NCBI RefSeq assembly: GCF_018350175.1
Contig: NC_058368.1
Span: 7,626,001-7,690,000, forward strand
From: Felis catus
Lineage: Eukaryota
Reading direction: 5' to 3'
Length of the DNA: 64,000 bases
The translations under genes were made by a program, and so were the position numbers. How positions within the stretch are numbered: the stretch's first letter is position 1; each line of letters opens with the position of its first letter. Shown here piece by piece: positions 38,071-51,114 of this stretch. The notes under the pieces were generated by a model. It ran no database searches, was not told the origin of the DNA, and saw only the letters and a list, made by a program, of their open reading frames with translations.

Positions 38071-38309
38071 GTCGGAGAAGTAAGTGGGTATCAGTCCGCT
38101 CACAGGTCAAAGGCTGCGTTCTTAATTGAAAAATGAGTGCTTTGAACAGTAAGGGGTTTGTCATGCAAACTCAGCGCGACAGCTCTTTTTAAACATGCCA
38201 ACAAGGATCAGCTGTAACCCTTGGATCACAAGGATCATTCTGGGGTATGAAGAGTAACACATTACTTGCGAAATAGAGGAGAACCGAGGGGAAAACAACC
38301 CTAAGCTCT

Positions 38310-38800
38310 TTGCCCCGACCAATGCTACATAATGCAAGCCACAGGCGTCATTTTAAAATTTCCGGTGAGCTAGATAAAAAGTGAAAATAAGTGAAGAGGA
38401 ATCACTGGTTGTCTGTAACTCCATGTATCCAAAATACTATAACTTCACCATATAATCAATATAAAAAAATGAGATTTTTTTTCAATGTCTTTTTCACACG
38501 AAGCCTTCAAAATCTAGTGTGTATTTTACGGTTGTGGCCTGTTTCCGTCCGAACCAGCCCATTTCAAGAACTCGAGAGTCATGTGTGGCTGGTAGCCGGC
38601 GTGAGGCACCACACAGAGCTAGGCCTGTGATACGCAACACCGGAGGTGACTGAAAATGTAGAATCTGGGCATTTTGCCCCAACTGGTCAGCATGTCTGGA
38701 ATGGGAGCCAGGAATCCGCATTTTTAGCATTTGCCCAGATGTTTTCTACAGAAGTGGTTATGGACCCCATGCTGAGAAACAATTTATTCTAAACCACTGG
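38310..38800. mobile_element. MER33-like and MER5-like hAT fossils
   Basis: aatgcaagccaca...cccatttcaag...catgtgtggctggtagcc, then ggagccaggaatccgcatttttag. Confidence 0.6.
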
Positions 38801-39240
38801 CTTGCTTGAGAGATGACAGATACCTTTCAGGAACTCGGAGTCTGGCAGGAAATCATGCTACACGGGACTACATTTAAGAGCTAGGAGGTGTCGCAGCTAC
38901 AGAAACTACAAGAAAAAAAAAAGGCGTTTTCTGTTTTCCAAAGAGGGAATGGACAGTTTCTCCCATAAGACGATCTTGAATAGAGTTGTACAAATCCCCA
39001 GGAAAATGGGATTTTTTATCCGTAGGCTATTTCTGCCCTTATTTTTTGAAAAGCTAAATCAATGCACTTATAGGCAATGTTTTGCTGTTTTTAAGGAGTT
39101 TTACTTCCTCAATCAGCTGCATATCTACCGAGGGAGATTTAGTATACTATACAGCACAATACTCTCAAATGGGAAGTAACAATCTAGTGACTCAGAAAAC
39201 GCCATGGAACCATACTCAAACTAATGGGATTCTTTCTGGT

Positions 39241-39272
<32 letters not shown>

Positions 39273-39457
39273 GCAGGTTATACTATTTGAACCGATTATC
39301 AGACTATTACGGTGTCCTAATCTCTGCTTTGTTTTCTTCCTCCACTTCAACGTCAACCCAATAATATACAAACTCATAATACGAACGTGCTCTTCCGGAA
39401 GGCAACAAGGAGGCTTGCGTTAAGCCTGGCGAGCCCCTGAGCTCTTTGTTGGCTCAC

Positions 39458-39626
39458 CTGTACCCATCATCAAGGCCGCTCTGCTCACAAGGAAATGATT
39501 TTTGAGAGAAGGTCCACGTACACCTGATTTGTGGGTATGCTTTAAACCTGACAGAAAAGCAAAACTCTTCATACTGGTCAATCTCATAATCTTCACTTGA
39601 TTTGGAAGCGTTTATAAATCCTTTTT
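39458..39626 (-). CDS. FLT3: FLT3 exon 9
   Basis: KGFINASKSSEDYEIDQYEEFCFSVRFKAYPQIRCTWTFSQKSFPCEQSGLDDGY; 169 nt. Confidence 0.95.
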
Positions 39627-39852
39627 CTGTAAAAAAAGAAAAAGAGGCATTTCTAAATTAGATGAGGTTCGTATGGAAACACCCTGAGAAGATACAATAA
39701 CATTTTATTCATCAGTATAACGTAAGAACACTCAGCTGTGGCTATGCTGCGGGTCAGATCGGACCGTCCCAGAAATGCAGGCGTTTTATCCCCAGTCATA
39801 AGTCTGAGCTCACCCACTTCTACAGTCAAGATCCCTTTAAGGGTTAGACGGT

Positions 39853-40040
39853 GGGGTGACTGGGGGGCTCAGGTGGTTGAGCATCCGACCAGCCGAGGTC
39901 ATGATCTCACAGTTCATGAGTTCGAGCCCCACATTGGGCTCTGTGCTGACAGCTTCAGAGCCTCAGTCTTCCTCTTTCTCTCTGCCCCCCCCCCTCGAGC
40001 TTTCTCAAAACTAAATAAACATCGAAAAAACATTTTTTTG
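39853..40040 (+). mobile_element. Diverged Can-SINE
   Basis: Head, B-box gagttcgagcccc and tail. Confidence 0.85.
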
Positions 40041-41122
40041 AAAGAATTAGATGTAAATACTTGACCTTCCTCCCAAAGAAATGTATAAAACCTCCAGATC
40101 TTACAGACAATTTCAAGAGACTGAAGGGCTCCCCCAGCCCAACCAAGCATGTACAACGGGAGGGATCTGCCGACAGAATCGGGACGCCCTTTACTCAGTC
40201 GCAACAGCTCTCTCAGTGAGTGACACGTTCAACATAAAAGAAGCGCAGGCGCGAATAAAACAATCCAGCCAGCAGAATTCACCAGGGTTTTTTTTTTTTT
40301 CTTTGAAGCGCTTCCTCATTAGTTTGGTAGGAGAATCACTCATGTCCTAGCATTTTCAGTATGGCTGGAGGCTGCCGCCTGATAGGAGACTCCTGAAGCA
40401 TGGTTACTGTCACTTCCTCGACAACCCACCCACTTTCGGTGCATCTAACTGCCTGTCCCTTCTCTCTGTCATCCGCCCATCACCCTGTCAGTTGGTGCTC
40501 AGAACAAGGACGGTGAAACCTTCGTTTTCGAGCACAATTCATTCCGGAAACGTGCTTGGACCCCAACGTACTTGTATATCCCAGCGAATTCCCAGAACCA
40601 TTGGCTCAGTTGTGATCATGTGACATTCGGCGTCAGGTACTACGCCTATCGCAAGACATGGCTCGTTTATCGAGTCAAAATTTCTTAGAAACGTTTGCTC
40701 GTCTTGCGGAACACCCCCAGAACAGGTTACTCCCAACCCAAGGTCTTACTGTATTTATGAAGCGCCTATTTTGTGTCAGGCTCCCTGCCAGGGTCTGGGA
40801 CTACAAGTACGGAAGAGATTTTTCCCGTCCTTCGGGAATTTACAGTCTATTGGTAAGTTGTGGGAGGACCGCAAACACAGATGGTCACGTCACAAGGCCA
40901 GGGCTAAGGGAGTGCTAAGACAGTGCCATTCAAGCGAGCATGGTTTAAGTGGAAAAGGAAGGGCGGAGGGAGCTTATATATGCAAAAACTATTTTAATTC
41001 AGTCGTTCTCAGCTTTCTGACACTAACATTCTACTGAAATCAGAATTTGCCGGACGTACCTCACATTCCACACTAAAGCAACTAAACGTATCAAGGAAGA
41101 TTGCGCGAGCAGCCTGCATTAC

Positions 41123-41276
41123 CTATGATGGTAACCAAAGTTGATTTACTGGGATGTTCGGAAGAGGAACAAGTGTAATGGCCAGTGTCGTTTCTTCCCA
41201 CTGATGATACAAAAGCAAACAGAATCCGTATCATAGTTCTGTTTGTAGAATAGGTACTCATCTCAAAGTAGCTGCC
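41123..41276 (-). CDS. FLT3: FLT3 exon 8
   Basis: GSYFEMSTYSTNRTMIRILFAFVSSVGRNDTGHYTCSSSEHPSKSTLVTII; 154 nt. Confidence 0.95.
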
Positions 41277-41373
41277 CTAGGTTTTAATAAAACAGAGTTT
41301 GAATTTAATGACTTCAACCTGTACTATTTGGACGTCGTCTCTGCAGTTTCAGAAGGCAAACTGGTCGTATTAC

Positions 41374-41513
41374 CTCCTCCAAGGCTTTATTTTCTAATTC
41401 CCAGGTGAGTCCGAATCCATGATTCACATGAACAGCTTTGCACCTTATCCATAAGGGTTCCCCTACTTTAAGAAATAGTTGTGGCAGTGTGGTCTGCGGA
41501 GTCTGATTGAGAT
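41374..41513 (-). CDS. FLT3: FLT3 exon 7
   Basis: DLNQTPQTTLPQLFLKVGEPLWIRCKAVHVNHGFGLTWELENKALEE; 140 nt. Confidence 0.96.
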
Positions 41514-41821
41514 CTGGAAGGATGACACGACCCGAGGAAGAAAACAGAGTGATTTTTTTTTTTTTCCTCATTGCGAAAATACATCCTGAAGAACAAAGAT
41601 TTATTGTCATCTCAAATGCTACAAGCTGCTTTGACAGAAGACTCCTTTAGAGATGGTCTACCCTTTTATAAAGAAGGCAGCTGCTACAGAATCCATAGTA
41701 TTCCGTGCCAAGTGGGATAAGGAACTAGGGCGGCCCTGACGTTGAGTGATCACCCAGGCGCTTGCTGTTAATGTCAGGTCGTTCCTAAATCATGGAAAAG
41801 CTCCCACTCTCGTGGTCCTAC

Positions 41822-41949
41822 CTATTGTGAACAGCTTGGTGCACTTTCTGCCCAGCTCATTGCTTGCACAGCACCTTATGTCTGTTCCAAACAGTTCATG
41901 AAGTACGCTTTCCTCCTTCGTGACAACAGCTGGACTCTCCCCTTTACAG
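41822..41949 (-). CDS. FLT3: FLT3 exon 6
   Basis: CKGESPAVVTKEESVLHELFGTDIRCCASNELGRKCTKLFTI; 128 nt. Confidence 0.95.
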
Positions 41950-42082
41950 CTGCAATTAGAAAAAGAATTGCCATTTGACTAAACACCTTTTAACGTTACA
42001 GACGAACGTGCAGGAGAGAAACAAAGGCGAAGGTTCCAGAGCCTGTTGAAGAAAAAGGAGCGGATCAGAAGGTGAACAAACC

Positions 42083-42278
42083 CGGCGCCTGGGGGGCCCC
42101 GTCGGTCAAGCGACCAACTCTTGCTTTTGGTTCCGGTCAGGATCTCCTGGTCCGTGAGATCGAGCCCCGCCCGCGTCCAGCTCCGCGTTGACAGCGTGGA
42201 GCCGGCTTGGGATTTTCTCTCTCTCCCTCTCTCTCTCTGTCTCTCTCTCTCAAAATAAATAAATAAACTTTAAAAAAA
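42083..42278 (+). mobile_element. Diverged Can-SINE
   Basis: TSD-like aggt(g/a)aaca. Confidence 0.85.
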
Positions 42279-42649
42279 GGTAAACAGACCCAAATCTAAG
42301 GTTTCTAGTTAGTTATCTGAACCAATCAACCCTGGAGAAAATGACATACATTTTTATGGAAGTTTAAATTTGGGGGGGGGGGAGGGTTGGTGACCTCTTC
42401 TGTTGCTATTCTTTAGAGAGAGAGAGAGAGACAATAGAAAAAGAAGACGAAAGAGGAGGAAAAAAAGACGAGAAGGAAAAGCAGGATTAGGTTTTAACAC
42501 AGCCTAACAAGGTGAGTGTCTTTCCTTTGAAGCCCAAAAGAGGACAACAAGGGAGAGGGACAGAAGAAGGTTGCAGGTCCCAGAGTCTGCAGAGCTCAAG
42601 GAGAAGAGGAGAGGCATCACTCAGGAAGGAAGTCAGCGGGTCTACCTCC

Positions 42650-42830
42650 TCACCCCAATCCCTCCCCCTCCTCAGCCCCCCTACCCTCACCGCCTCACCC
42701 CCACCCCCTCACCCCCATCCCCTCATTCCCACCCAGTCATCCCCCCCTCACCACTCCCCATCTCACCCTTCTACACCCTCACCGCCACCTTCACCCCCTC
42801 ATCCTCACCCTCCTCCCCTCCCCCACCCAG
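42650..42830. repeat. C-rich low-complexity tract (G-rich on the FLT3 sense strand)
   Basis: Degenerate (CCCTCA/CCCCA)n. Confidence 0.8.
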
Positions 42831-43558
42831 CATAAAATAGACTTGGATTCCTCCCGAGAGTGTCCCCAACCGCTGCCTTGCCGGAAGCAGCCTGTGTATG
42901 ACCACTTTTCTCCTCCTTATCTCTTTAGTCAAGGGCATCCTTTTCTTTGTTGACACACCATTCCTTCAGGGTATTTTTTTCTCATTACAAGACAACAATA
43001 ATTGGGTTCATCGTGGAAATCTTGGCAAAGACAGAAAACCCAAAGGAAAGAATTTTAACTGCCGGTATTCCTGCTGCCCTGAGATAACAACTGTTATTAT
43101 TTGGTGGGTAGGTTTCCCATCTTTTTTTTTTTCCCCCAATGCACCTGTTACATACGTACCCACAGGTGTTCTCTTCTTTTCCTCTAGAATTTGGGATCAC
43201 ACCCGTATCATTTGGTGACCTAATTTTTTACTTCTTTCTCCTGATACTCAGTCCCATTTTTCAATAGAATTGTTTAGCAAGTTTTTGGTAGTTAAAACTG
43301 CATGACTTCTCAATTTGTGAGAACTTAGCTACGGCACGTATGAAAAATGGAAGCAAACATTTATACAGTACTATCTGCCAGCCACCAATCTCCACGCTTC
43401 GCGTATGTCGATCCATTAAATCTCTGTAGCATAAGGTATGTACTTTTCCAGCCCCATTCTTCTGAAGAGCCAATTTATATGCACAGTATGATGTCAACTC
43501 CATTAGAAAAAGACCAAAAGTAAAGTAATAATAGCCATTATCTCCATGCCCATCATAC

Positions 43559-43688
43559 CTTTCGCTCTGCGAATCGCAGAAGACCCACTCCACGGTCGGT
43601 TCTGGAATGCTCTCAGATATGCAGACCAGCGCATCCTGGTGTTCCATTTTTCTAAAGTAAGGTCTCCTTAGTGTGTAAAGCAGTGTGT
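43559..43688 (-). CDS. FLT3: FLT3 exon 5
   Basis: TLLYTLRRPYFRKMEHQDALVCISESIPEPTVEWVFCDSQSE; 130 nt. Confidence 0.96.
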
Positions 43689-44025
43689 CTAAAGCATCGT
43701 AAATTATTAACATTTTAATATATAAAAAAAAACTGTCTTAGTAGCCCCTCACGAAAAGAATTCTACATCGTTAAGAAAATATTAAGAAAAAATATTTTAT
43801 ACCATAGCAATGTCTTCTGCTCCCCCTCCAAATATAAACAATCATATATCCCCTCCTCACCAATCTGTTAAATTTAACTCTGGCTGAAATGCCAACTTCA
43901 ATATTTAGCTAATTTCTTGGGGTATTTCATAAACCTAGAGACAACTAAAGTTAAGTAGAATGAAGCCATGTAATGATACAAATATTAATATGCACAGGAA
44001 AAAGACTAGAAATAATGTAAAGTTT

Positions 44026-44147
44026 GGGGTGCCTGGGTGACTCAGTCAGTTAAGCATCTGACTTTTTCGGCTCAGGTTATGATCTCACGGTTCGTGAGAT
44101 CGAGCCCTGCATAGGGTTCAGGGCTGACAACTCAGAGCCTGCTTGGG

Positions 44148-44212
<65 letters not shown>

Positions 44213-44298
44213 TTCTCTCTCTCTCTCTGTCACTCCCCTGCTTGTGCTCTCTTTCTCTCTCAGAACAAAGAAATAAACATTAAAAAAAAAAAGAAAAG
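44026..44298 (+). mobile_element. Can-SINE with long (CT)n
   Basis: TSD gaaataa(tg/ca)taaag. Confidence 0.9.
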
Positions 44299-44679
44299 AA
44301 ATAACATAAAGCTTAAAACCCACGCTTATATAGTTTAAGACCCAAGTTTCTTCCCATGATTTTATCTAGAACCAGGCAGAAATATACTGATTTAAAAATG
44401 CAGAAATACAGCAGGATAAAGTTAGAATTGAAACAGAATTGAGAGGTTCAGTTTGGTCTCCCATTTGCTTTGGGCTATTATACTTCACCTCCCCCCCCAC
44501 TTCTGCTTCCCATAATGCTTGACATACAAACTTTCTATTCTGTGTGGATCCCTCTAGTGACAGGAACTCACTACCTCCCAAGGAAGATCAGTCCATTGTT
44601 CAACAAACCTTGTCTGTTAAAAAAGTCTTCCTGTTCTAAATCCCAATCTCTGGTCTTACATTTTGTTTAAAAATATAAT

Positions 44680-44750
<71 letters not shown>
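44680..44750. repeat. (TA)n(GA)n compound microsatellite
   Basis: Direct reading. Confidence 0.95.
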
Positions 44751-44751
<1 letters not shown>

Positions 44752-44869
44752 CAAAAGAATATATGAAGTATAAATTTCAAAGCAATTAGTCTTTATTATT
44801 AAATAAATATAAATGCCCATAGACTGATATCCAACATAATAACTGAAATATTAATAAATATCTACTTTT

Positions 44870-45635
44870 CTGCTTCTCACCATCTCAACCCTAGGTAACC
44901 TTTATCCTGATTTTGTGTTTATCATTCCTGTGCTCTTAAAAATGTTTTCACCACACAGCTATGTGTCCCCAAACAATATGTTGGTTTGTTTTCTGGTTTT
45001 CAAAATATGGTATCCCTCAATAGGTCGTGTTCCACAACTTCCTTTTCTTATCCAACCTCATGTTGCTAAGATCCACCCATGGTTTTGCATGTAGCTATAC
45101 TACATTCATTTTTTACATAGTATTGCATTGGTGAATATATTACAATAGGTGATTCCATTTTCTTGCAATGGACATTTAGCTCGTGACCAATCTGTTGTGT
45201 TTACCAACAATAGTGCTAGGAACATTCTATCCATTTCTACTAAGGCAGGTGTGTACATTTCTTTACACAGGGGACCTGCTGGCTTATATGATATGAGCAC
45301 AAGTTCAGCTATACACATAATGATAGTCTGTTTTCCAAAGTGGTGATACTTTACATAATTTACATTTAAATGTAATAGCTTACATGTAAATAGGACATGG
45401 GATTTCCCATTGTTCTTTTTTTTAAATATTTTAAAATGTTTTTATTTATTTTTGAGACAGAGACAGAGCCTGAGCAGGGGAGGGGCAGAGAGAGAGGGAG
45501 ACACAGAATGTGAAGCAGGCTCCAGGCTCTGAGCTGTCAGCACAGAGCCCGACGTGGGGCTCAAACCCACAGACCGCGAGATCATGACCTGAGCCGAAGT
45601 CGGATGCTCAACCGACTGAACCAGCCAGGCGCCCC
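44870..45635 (-). mobile_element. Old L1 fragment followed by a Can-SINE (45416-45635)
   Basis: agatccacccatggttttgcatgtagc...cattcattttt...ttttccaaagtggt, then a reverse SINE. Confidence 0.7.
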
Positions 45636-46255
45636 TAGAGCAACTGTTTTTAAGTGTAGCTTTACTCACACATGAAAATCTTTCAGAGATTTAAAATCAG
45701 AAGCAACCATCAAGGGAGATAATTACCATCCAAAGTATTTTAACTACTTAAGCCAGGTTCCCTGACTTATATGCCAGGAAAGTTTCCTCTACATTATACT
45801 GCAATCAGGATTTTTTTTTTTTTTTCAAAATATTTCCTTCCGTGTCCTAAACATTCTCAATTCCTTCGGCTGTTCAGACTTCAGAAACTCCAGTTCTTCA
45901 CTATCGGGTTGTTTTGTTTTGTCAGTACGCAGCTGAAAAAAAAATGTAGAACCGAGAATAATCATCATCCATTAATTTCCCGGACCTACACACTCCATCG
46001 GAGGCGGCCGAGGTTCGGCTTTCCTGTTTTGTAGCAACCCAGCCTTACTTGCTGGTTACTGCTAAACCTGTGGTTCGCTAGACCCTTTCCTCTTTTTCAC
46101 ACTGTTGCCAAATCCTCCTCTACCAGGTTTTTTTGTTGTTGTTGTTTTTTTGAACCTCACCACCCAACAGGATGCTGAAAGCACATTACAATGAACTTGG
46201 GTAGCTGCTGTCCTATTTTTACACTGTAAATAATAGATGAAAAGAAGGTACCCTC

Positions 46256-46369
46256 GGGGCTCCTGGGTGGCTAAGCAGGTTGACTCTGGCTCTTGATTTT
46301 GGCTCAAGTCACAATCCCAGGGTCATGGGATGGAGCCCAGGGGCTCACTGAGTGTGGAGCCTGCTTGGG

Positions 46370-46425
<56 letters not shown>

Positions 46426-46623
46426 CCGGGGTGGCTCAGTCAGTTAAGCATCCGACTTCGGCTCAGGTCATGATCTCACAGCTTGTGAGTTCGAGCCCCA
46501 CGTCGGGCTCTGTGCGGACGGCTCGGAGCCTGGAGCCTGCTTCGGATTCTGTGTCTCCCTCTCCCTCTGCCCCTATCCTGCTTGTGCTCTCTGTCTCTCA
46601 TAAATGAATAAATGTTAAAAAAA
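46256..46623 (+). mobile_element. Composite Can-SINE: older head and (CT)n fused to a second SINE at about 46422
   Basis: Two heads but one tail. Confidence 0.85.
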
Positions 46624-47189
46624 GATTTTTTTCTTTGCAATCACCAGGCCCGTGTGTAATTGGGAGAAACAAGAAGCCAGAAAGCCATGCAGGTGGTGAT
46701 TGCCAACCACACAGTCGCCTCCGTAAGAACACTTGGATTGTTCTAGTGATCTAGCATTTGTATAAATAAAGTAGCCACTAACTTCATGTGGTTATTCAAG
46801 TGCCGTTAAGACCTTGGTCCCCAGTCACACTGGCCACATTTCAAGTGTTCAACAGCCCCACGTGGCCAGTGACTACGTTGTTAGAGCAGACACAGACCTT
46901 TCCAACATCTCAGGGAGCTCTCTTGGATGCTGGTAAGATCCTACAATCCTGTGAGGTGTGCATTTTCTTTCTTTTTTTTTTTTGAGGTGTGCATTTTTAT
47001 CTCCGTTTTACAGATAAGAAATTTGAGGTTCAGAGAGATTAAGTGACCCGCCAAAGGTGGCAGTGACAGACCCAGAATAAGAACCCAGGACTTCTGACTC
47101 CAAGGTCAAGGTCGAAATGTTTCCCATTTCTTCCCTGTCAGTCAAAAAAAAATGGGTGGGGGAAAAGCCAAATAGAGAGTGTCCTGGGT

Positions 47190-47405
47190 TTTTTTTTTTT
47201 TTAATTTTTATTTATTTTTGAGACAGAGAGAGACAGAGCATGAACAGGGGAGGGGCAGAGAGAGAGGGGGACACAGAATCGGAAGCAGGCTCGAGGTTCC
47301 GAGCTGTCCGCACAGAGCCCGACGCGGGGCTCGAACCCACGGACCGCGAGATCATGACCTGAGCCGAAGTCGGACGCTCAACCGACTGAGCCACGCAGGC
47401 GCCCC
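47190..47405 (-). mobile_element. Can-SINE
   Basis: TSD agtgtcctgggtttt. Confidence 0.92.
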
Positions 47406-47626
47406 ATAGTGTCCTGGGTTTTGAAGAGTGCTCATTCTGATAGCACGCGGACGGGTCTGTCAGAGGGTCTCAACGGGTTATGTGGATGGTCGGAGTGAGT
47501 GCAGTCATTTCAGCTACATATCGAGGGAAACCTGAATACTGTGTCCCGAGCAGCTGGCAAAAAGCTCGTGGGCTCTACACCATCCCTTCGGAATGTCGTG
47601 AATAGGGAGTAGCAACGGGCACTTAC

Positions 47627-47742
47627 TTCTTATACTCACTGTAAACAATATTGTATAATTGGTAGCTTCACTCTGAATGAAAAGTAGGTATTCTCCAGCT
47701 TGGGTTTCTGTCATTTTCAAAATGACCATGGAAACAACCCCT
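47627..47742 (-). CDS. FLT3: FLT3 exon 4
   Basis: GVVSMVILKMTETQAGEYLLFIQSEATNYTILFTVSIR; 116 nt. Confidence 0.96.
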
Positions 47743-47751
47743 CTGAAAAAA

Positions 47752-47773
47752 CACACACACACACACACACACA
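47752..47773 (-). repeat. (TG)11 repeat in the exon 4 splice acceptor region
   Basis: Minus strand reads (TG)11-T6-CAG|exon 4. Confidence 0.95.
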
Positions 47774-50480
47774 AGAAAGAGAACTAGTTATTTTGGAAAA
47801 CGTGTGAAACTAAAATGTAACATTTCATACTGAGTCAGAAGGCGGCCTGGTGGCTCTCACATTCCATCTCCGACGGTGGCACAGGGGGCAGGCTACTCGG
47901 AGAACACAGCTTCTCACGCAGCCTGAGCCTTGTGAGTTTGACTTTGACTTTGGTTCAGTCCCTCCCTTCAGAGTGAGTGACCTCCATTCTAGCGCCTTCA
48001 CTTCAGGCTTCTCCAGCCTCTTGGAGGGAAAACTCCCGTCCCAAAATGCACAGGCTTGGGGGGGGGGACACTCCCATCAGCAATAACGGGCTATTCCCTT
48101 CAATGGCAAGCCACCCTCCACAGTTACATTGCCCAGTCACCTGGCCGCCAGTCTCAGTTCCCCATTTGCAGGCCCAGATTACCGTACAGGCAAGACGCAC
48201 AGAGATAAGAAACAATGTTTTGCATGTGTCTTGCTCTATATGATCAAGTTCAAGTGAAATCTAAGACAAGGCGTTATCCTATGGGAAGGAGGAAATCACA
48301 GATACGTAAGGATACAGAGGTCTCAGCGTTTGTGCTTTTTAACTTTTTGGATCCTTGGTAAAGATCAGTTTGGCCGGGGAGCCTTCTCTTCAAGGAAACA
48401 ACTTCCGATGTGTTGTTTGGTAATACCCATTCTCATTAAAGCTTAAAATATCCTCTAGTAGTTTGTTGAGTAATGCTGGGTTTAAATTTGCACTTTCTGA
48501 CCTTTCGACCCGTACTACTCAACGCTGGTCTCCCTCCAACTGTGTTAGCTGCAGCTGGGAGTTGACAGATATGCGGACTCTCAAGGCCTACATTTTAACA
48601 AGAATCTGCAGATCAGAATCTGCATTTTAACAAGCTCCCCAGGAAATCCAGATGCACATGATAGCAGAGACGCCCTTCCCCAGAGCTCCAAGGCCGCACG
48701 GCTCAAGAATACGTGTGCTTGCGTTCATAAGGACAGTAAATTCATAGGATCCACGTTTGGTTGGAGTCTACAGGTATTTTGGCACTGTGTTTTCCTTCTC
48801 TGAACCATTCAGTCTCCTGGTGTCATTTGTGAGCTCTTGTCCGTAACCCACAAAACTGTAAGAAAGTTATCAAAGCCTAGGTGTTCACGCTTTCTGGCCC
48901 TGAGTCCAGAGACACGCTTCTATGATTCTGTACCACGGAAAAGCTGTTAAATAGTTCTGGTACTAAGTTAGTTAATCCACATCAGACCCATGACCTTGGC
49001 TAACAAATGGGACCGTCTGTCCTAAAATCCAAAAAGGCAACCTCTCATGAACTGAAAAAAAAAAAAAAAACACAACAAACAAAACCCTACATTTTTACTT
49101 TGCGTTTTGGTCTCAATCCAGTGAGAACTGTTGTGGCATAACATTTTAAGGTTACCAGAACATTTCTTGAAGCCAAAATGCTGCCTACAAGAGGGCTTTG
49201 GTTTAACCCCAAGATACAAGTAACCAAAAAACAGAAGTGAGTAATACGGCCTCAAAAGAGGAAAGGAAAATGAATGTGCTCCAAGACTTAGAACCAAACT
49301 TCAGAATTATAGCTACTGTCCTAAAAATTACTTATGAGTTTGTTTGACCTTAAAGGAACAAATGCAAAAAGTTGGTACGAGTCGGTCACGGATACATCCC
49401 CCCATACGTCAGGCAGGCAGGTTACCCCCTGGGGACCATGTAGGTACCACTTCCTGCACTGTTGCTGGAAACACAATGCCTCCTCTACACCATGGGACCC
49501 CAGAACACCCCCAAGAACCAGAGACAAAAGCAGCTTTAGAATTATTAAGTGGGCATTTAAATGGCTTGTGCCGCTTTCTTCCTGCCCCCATCTGGGATCA
49601 TCCACAGGGGCTGGGACAGCAGAGGGCAGCAATTGGCAGAGTTAGATACAAACTTGGCCATTACATCACAATTCTTGGCTGAGGTGTCTTTTTCTAGATC
49701 AGGAGACCAATATTCCTCGCACACGGATCCATTTCTTACTAAGACACTTTGTGACTGTCGCCCATCATTGCAATTCTGCTCATCAGACTATGAAACAAAA
49801 CAGATTAAAACCAAATGTTCTTTCCCCGAGCATTCCCCAAAAAGCAGCTTCTGACTACTTTAAGGAGAGCGAAAAGTTTCTAACATTTTACCTCTCAGAC
49901 AAGATCCGATTAAAAAACTAAGACATCCTAAAAATCCCAAATAGTCTTCCCCTGTTTGTTGTACATTTTTCCAGCCATTCACTGCCTTCTTAAGCCCTAA
50001 CTATATCTGTGTATCTATATGTCATTTTTTAAGTTAACCGGCTTTTTTTTTTTTTTTAGAGTAAATCTAGATTTACAGAAAAATTGAGCGGAGAGTACAG
50101 AGAGATCCCACTTATGTCCTCCCCACGCAGTTTTCACTATTATTAACATCTGGCATAGGTGTGGTATGTTTGTTACAACTGGTGACCCAACACGGGTACT
50201 CACTCAAGGTCATGGTTAACATTAGAACTCACTTTCTGTGTGGTACATCCTATAGGTCTGACAGCTATTTAATGCCAGGTATTCATGTCCTAACTGTATT
50301 TTTAGTTCAGCATTTCTCTGGAGATAAAGAGGTATAATGGATATGGATAGAAATTTGAAAAGAAACACCGTACGAACCACATTCTGCGGCCAGGATGCTT
50401 TCCTCCAAAAATCCTTGTGGGGGCACGTTCCCCAACCCGCCCTCTCTCCGCCCCCTCCCCCCCCCCCCCAGCCCGGTTAC

Positions 50481-50683
50481 CTGTTTTGTAAATCAAAGTG
50501 TGGCTGGCAATTCAGCGAGCTGTGCTTAAAGACCCAGAGACAGGAAATGTTCCCTGGGGTGTTGACCAGGACTTGCAGTGTGATGGATGCAGATATGTCC
50601 ACTTCCACAGTGGCCGCTCCATAAACCACCTCTGTGCTCTCGGGTTTCAAGGCACACCCAAGGTCTTCTGCGGGTTCTGATGC
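50481..50683 (-). CDS. FLT3: FLT3 exon 3
   Basis: ASEPAEDLGCALKPESTEVVYGAATVEVDISASITLQVLVNTPGNISCLWVFKHSSLNCQPHFDLQN; 203 nt. Confidence 0.95.
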
Positions 50684-50749
50684 CTGAGTGGAAACAACGT
50701 GAATTGACTACAAGGGCACGTTTGATGCATCCTCTTCTTGGCTGGAACC

Positions 50750-50988
50750 TTTCTTTTTTCTTTAATGTTTTTATTTCTTTTTGAGAAAGAGAGAGAGAAA
50801 GACAGAGCACGAGCGGGGGTGGGGGGCAGAGTGAGAGAGAGAGAGAAAGGGAGACACAGACTCCGAAGCAGGCTCCAGGCTCAGAGCTGTCAGCATGGAG
50901 CCCGAGGCGGGGCCTGAACTCAGGGACTGCGAGATCAGGACCTGAGCTGAAGTCCGAGGCTTAAGCGACTGAGCCACCCGGGCGCCCC
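50750..50988 (-). mobile_element. Can-SINE about 70 nt upstream of exon 3
   Basis: Reverse copy, TSD-like ctgg(a/g)accttt. Confidence 0.9.
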
Positions 50989-51114
50989 TGTGACTGGGAC
51001 CTTTATCAAGGAGGTCGACACCGGAGAACATGTCACTGACTGAAAATCCTATTATTCACAATTCTCTATAGAAAAGATAGGTAACTTTAGGCTGCATTTC
51101 TCATATATTTGACA

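Noticed and set aside
43261..43558. Open frame continuing about 99 codons past exon 5
   Set aside because: The donor is normal and the peptide is unrecognisable. I identified no supporting 3' end, so it is probably chance.
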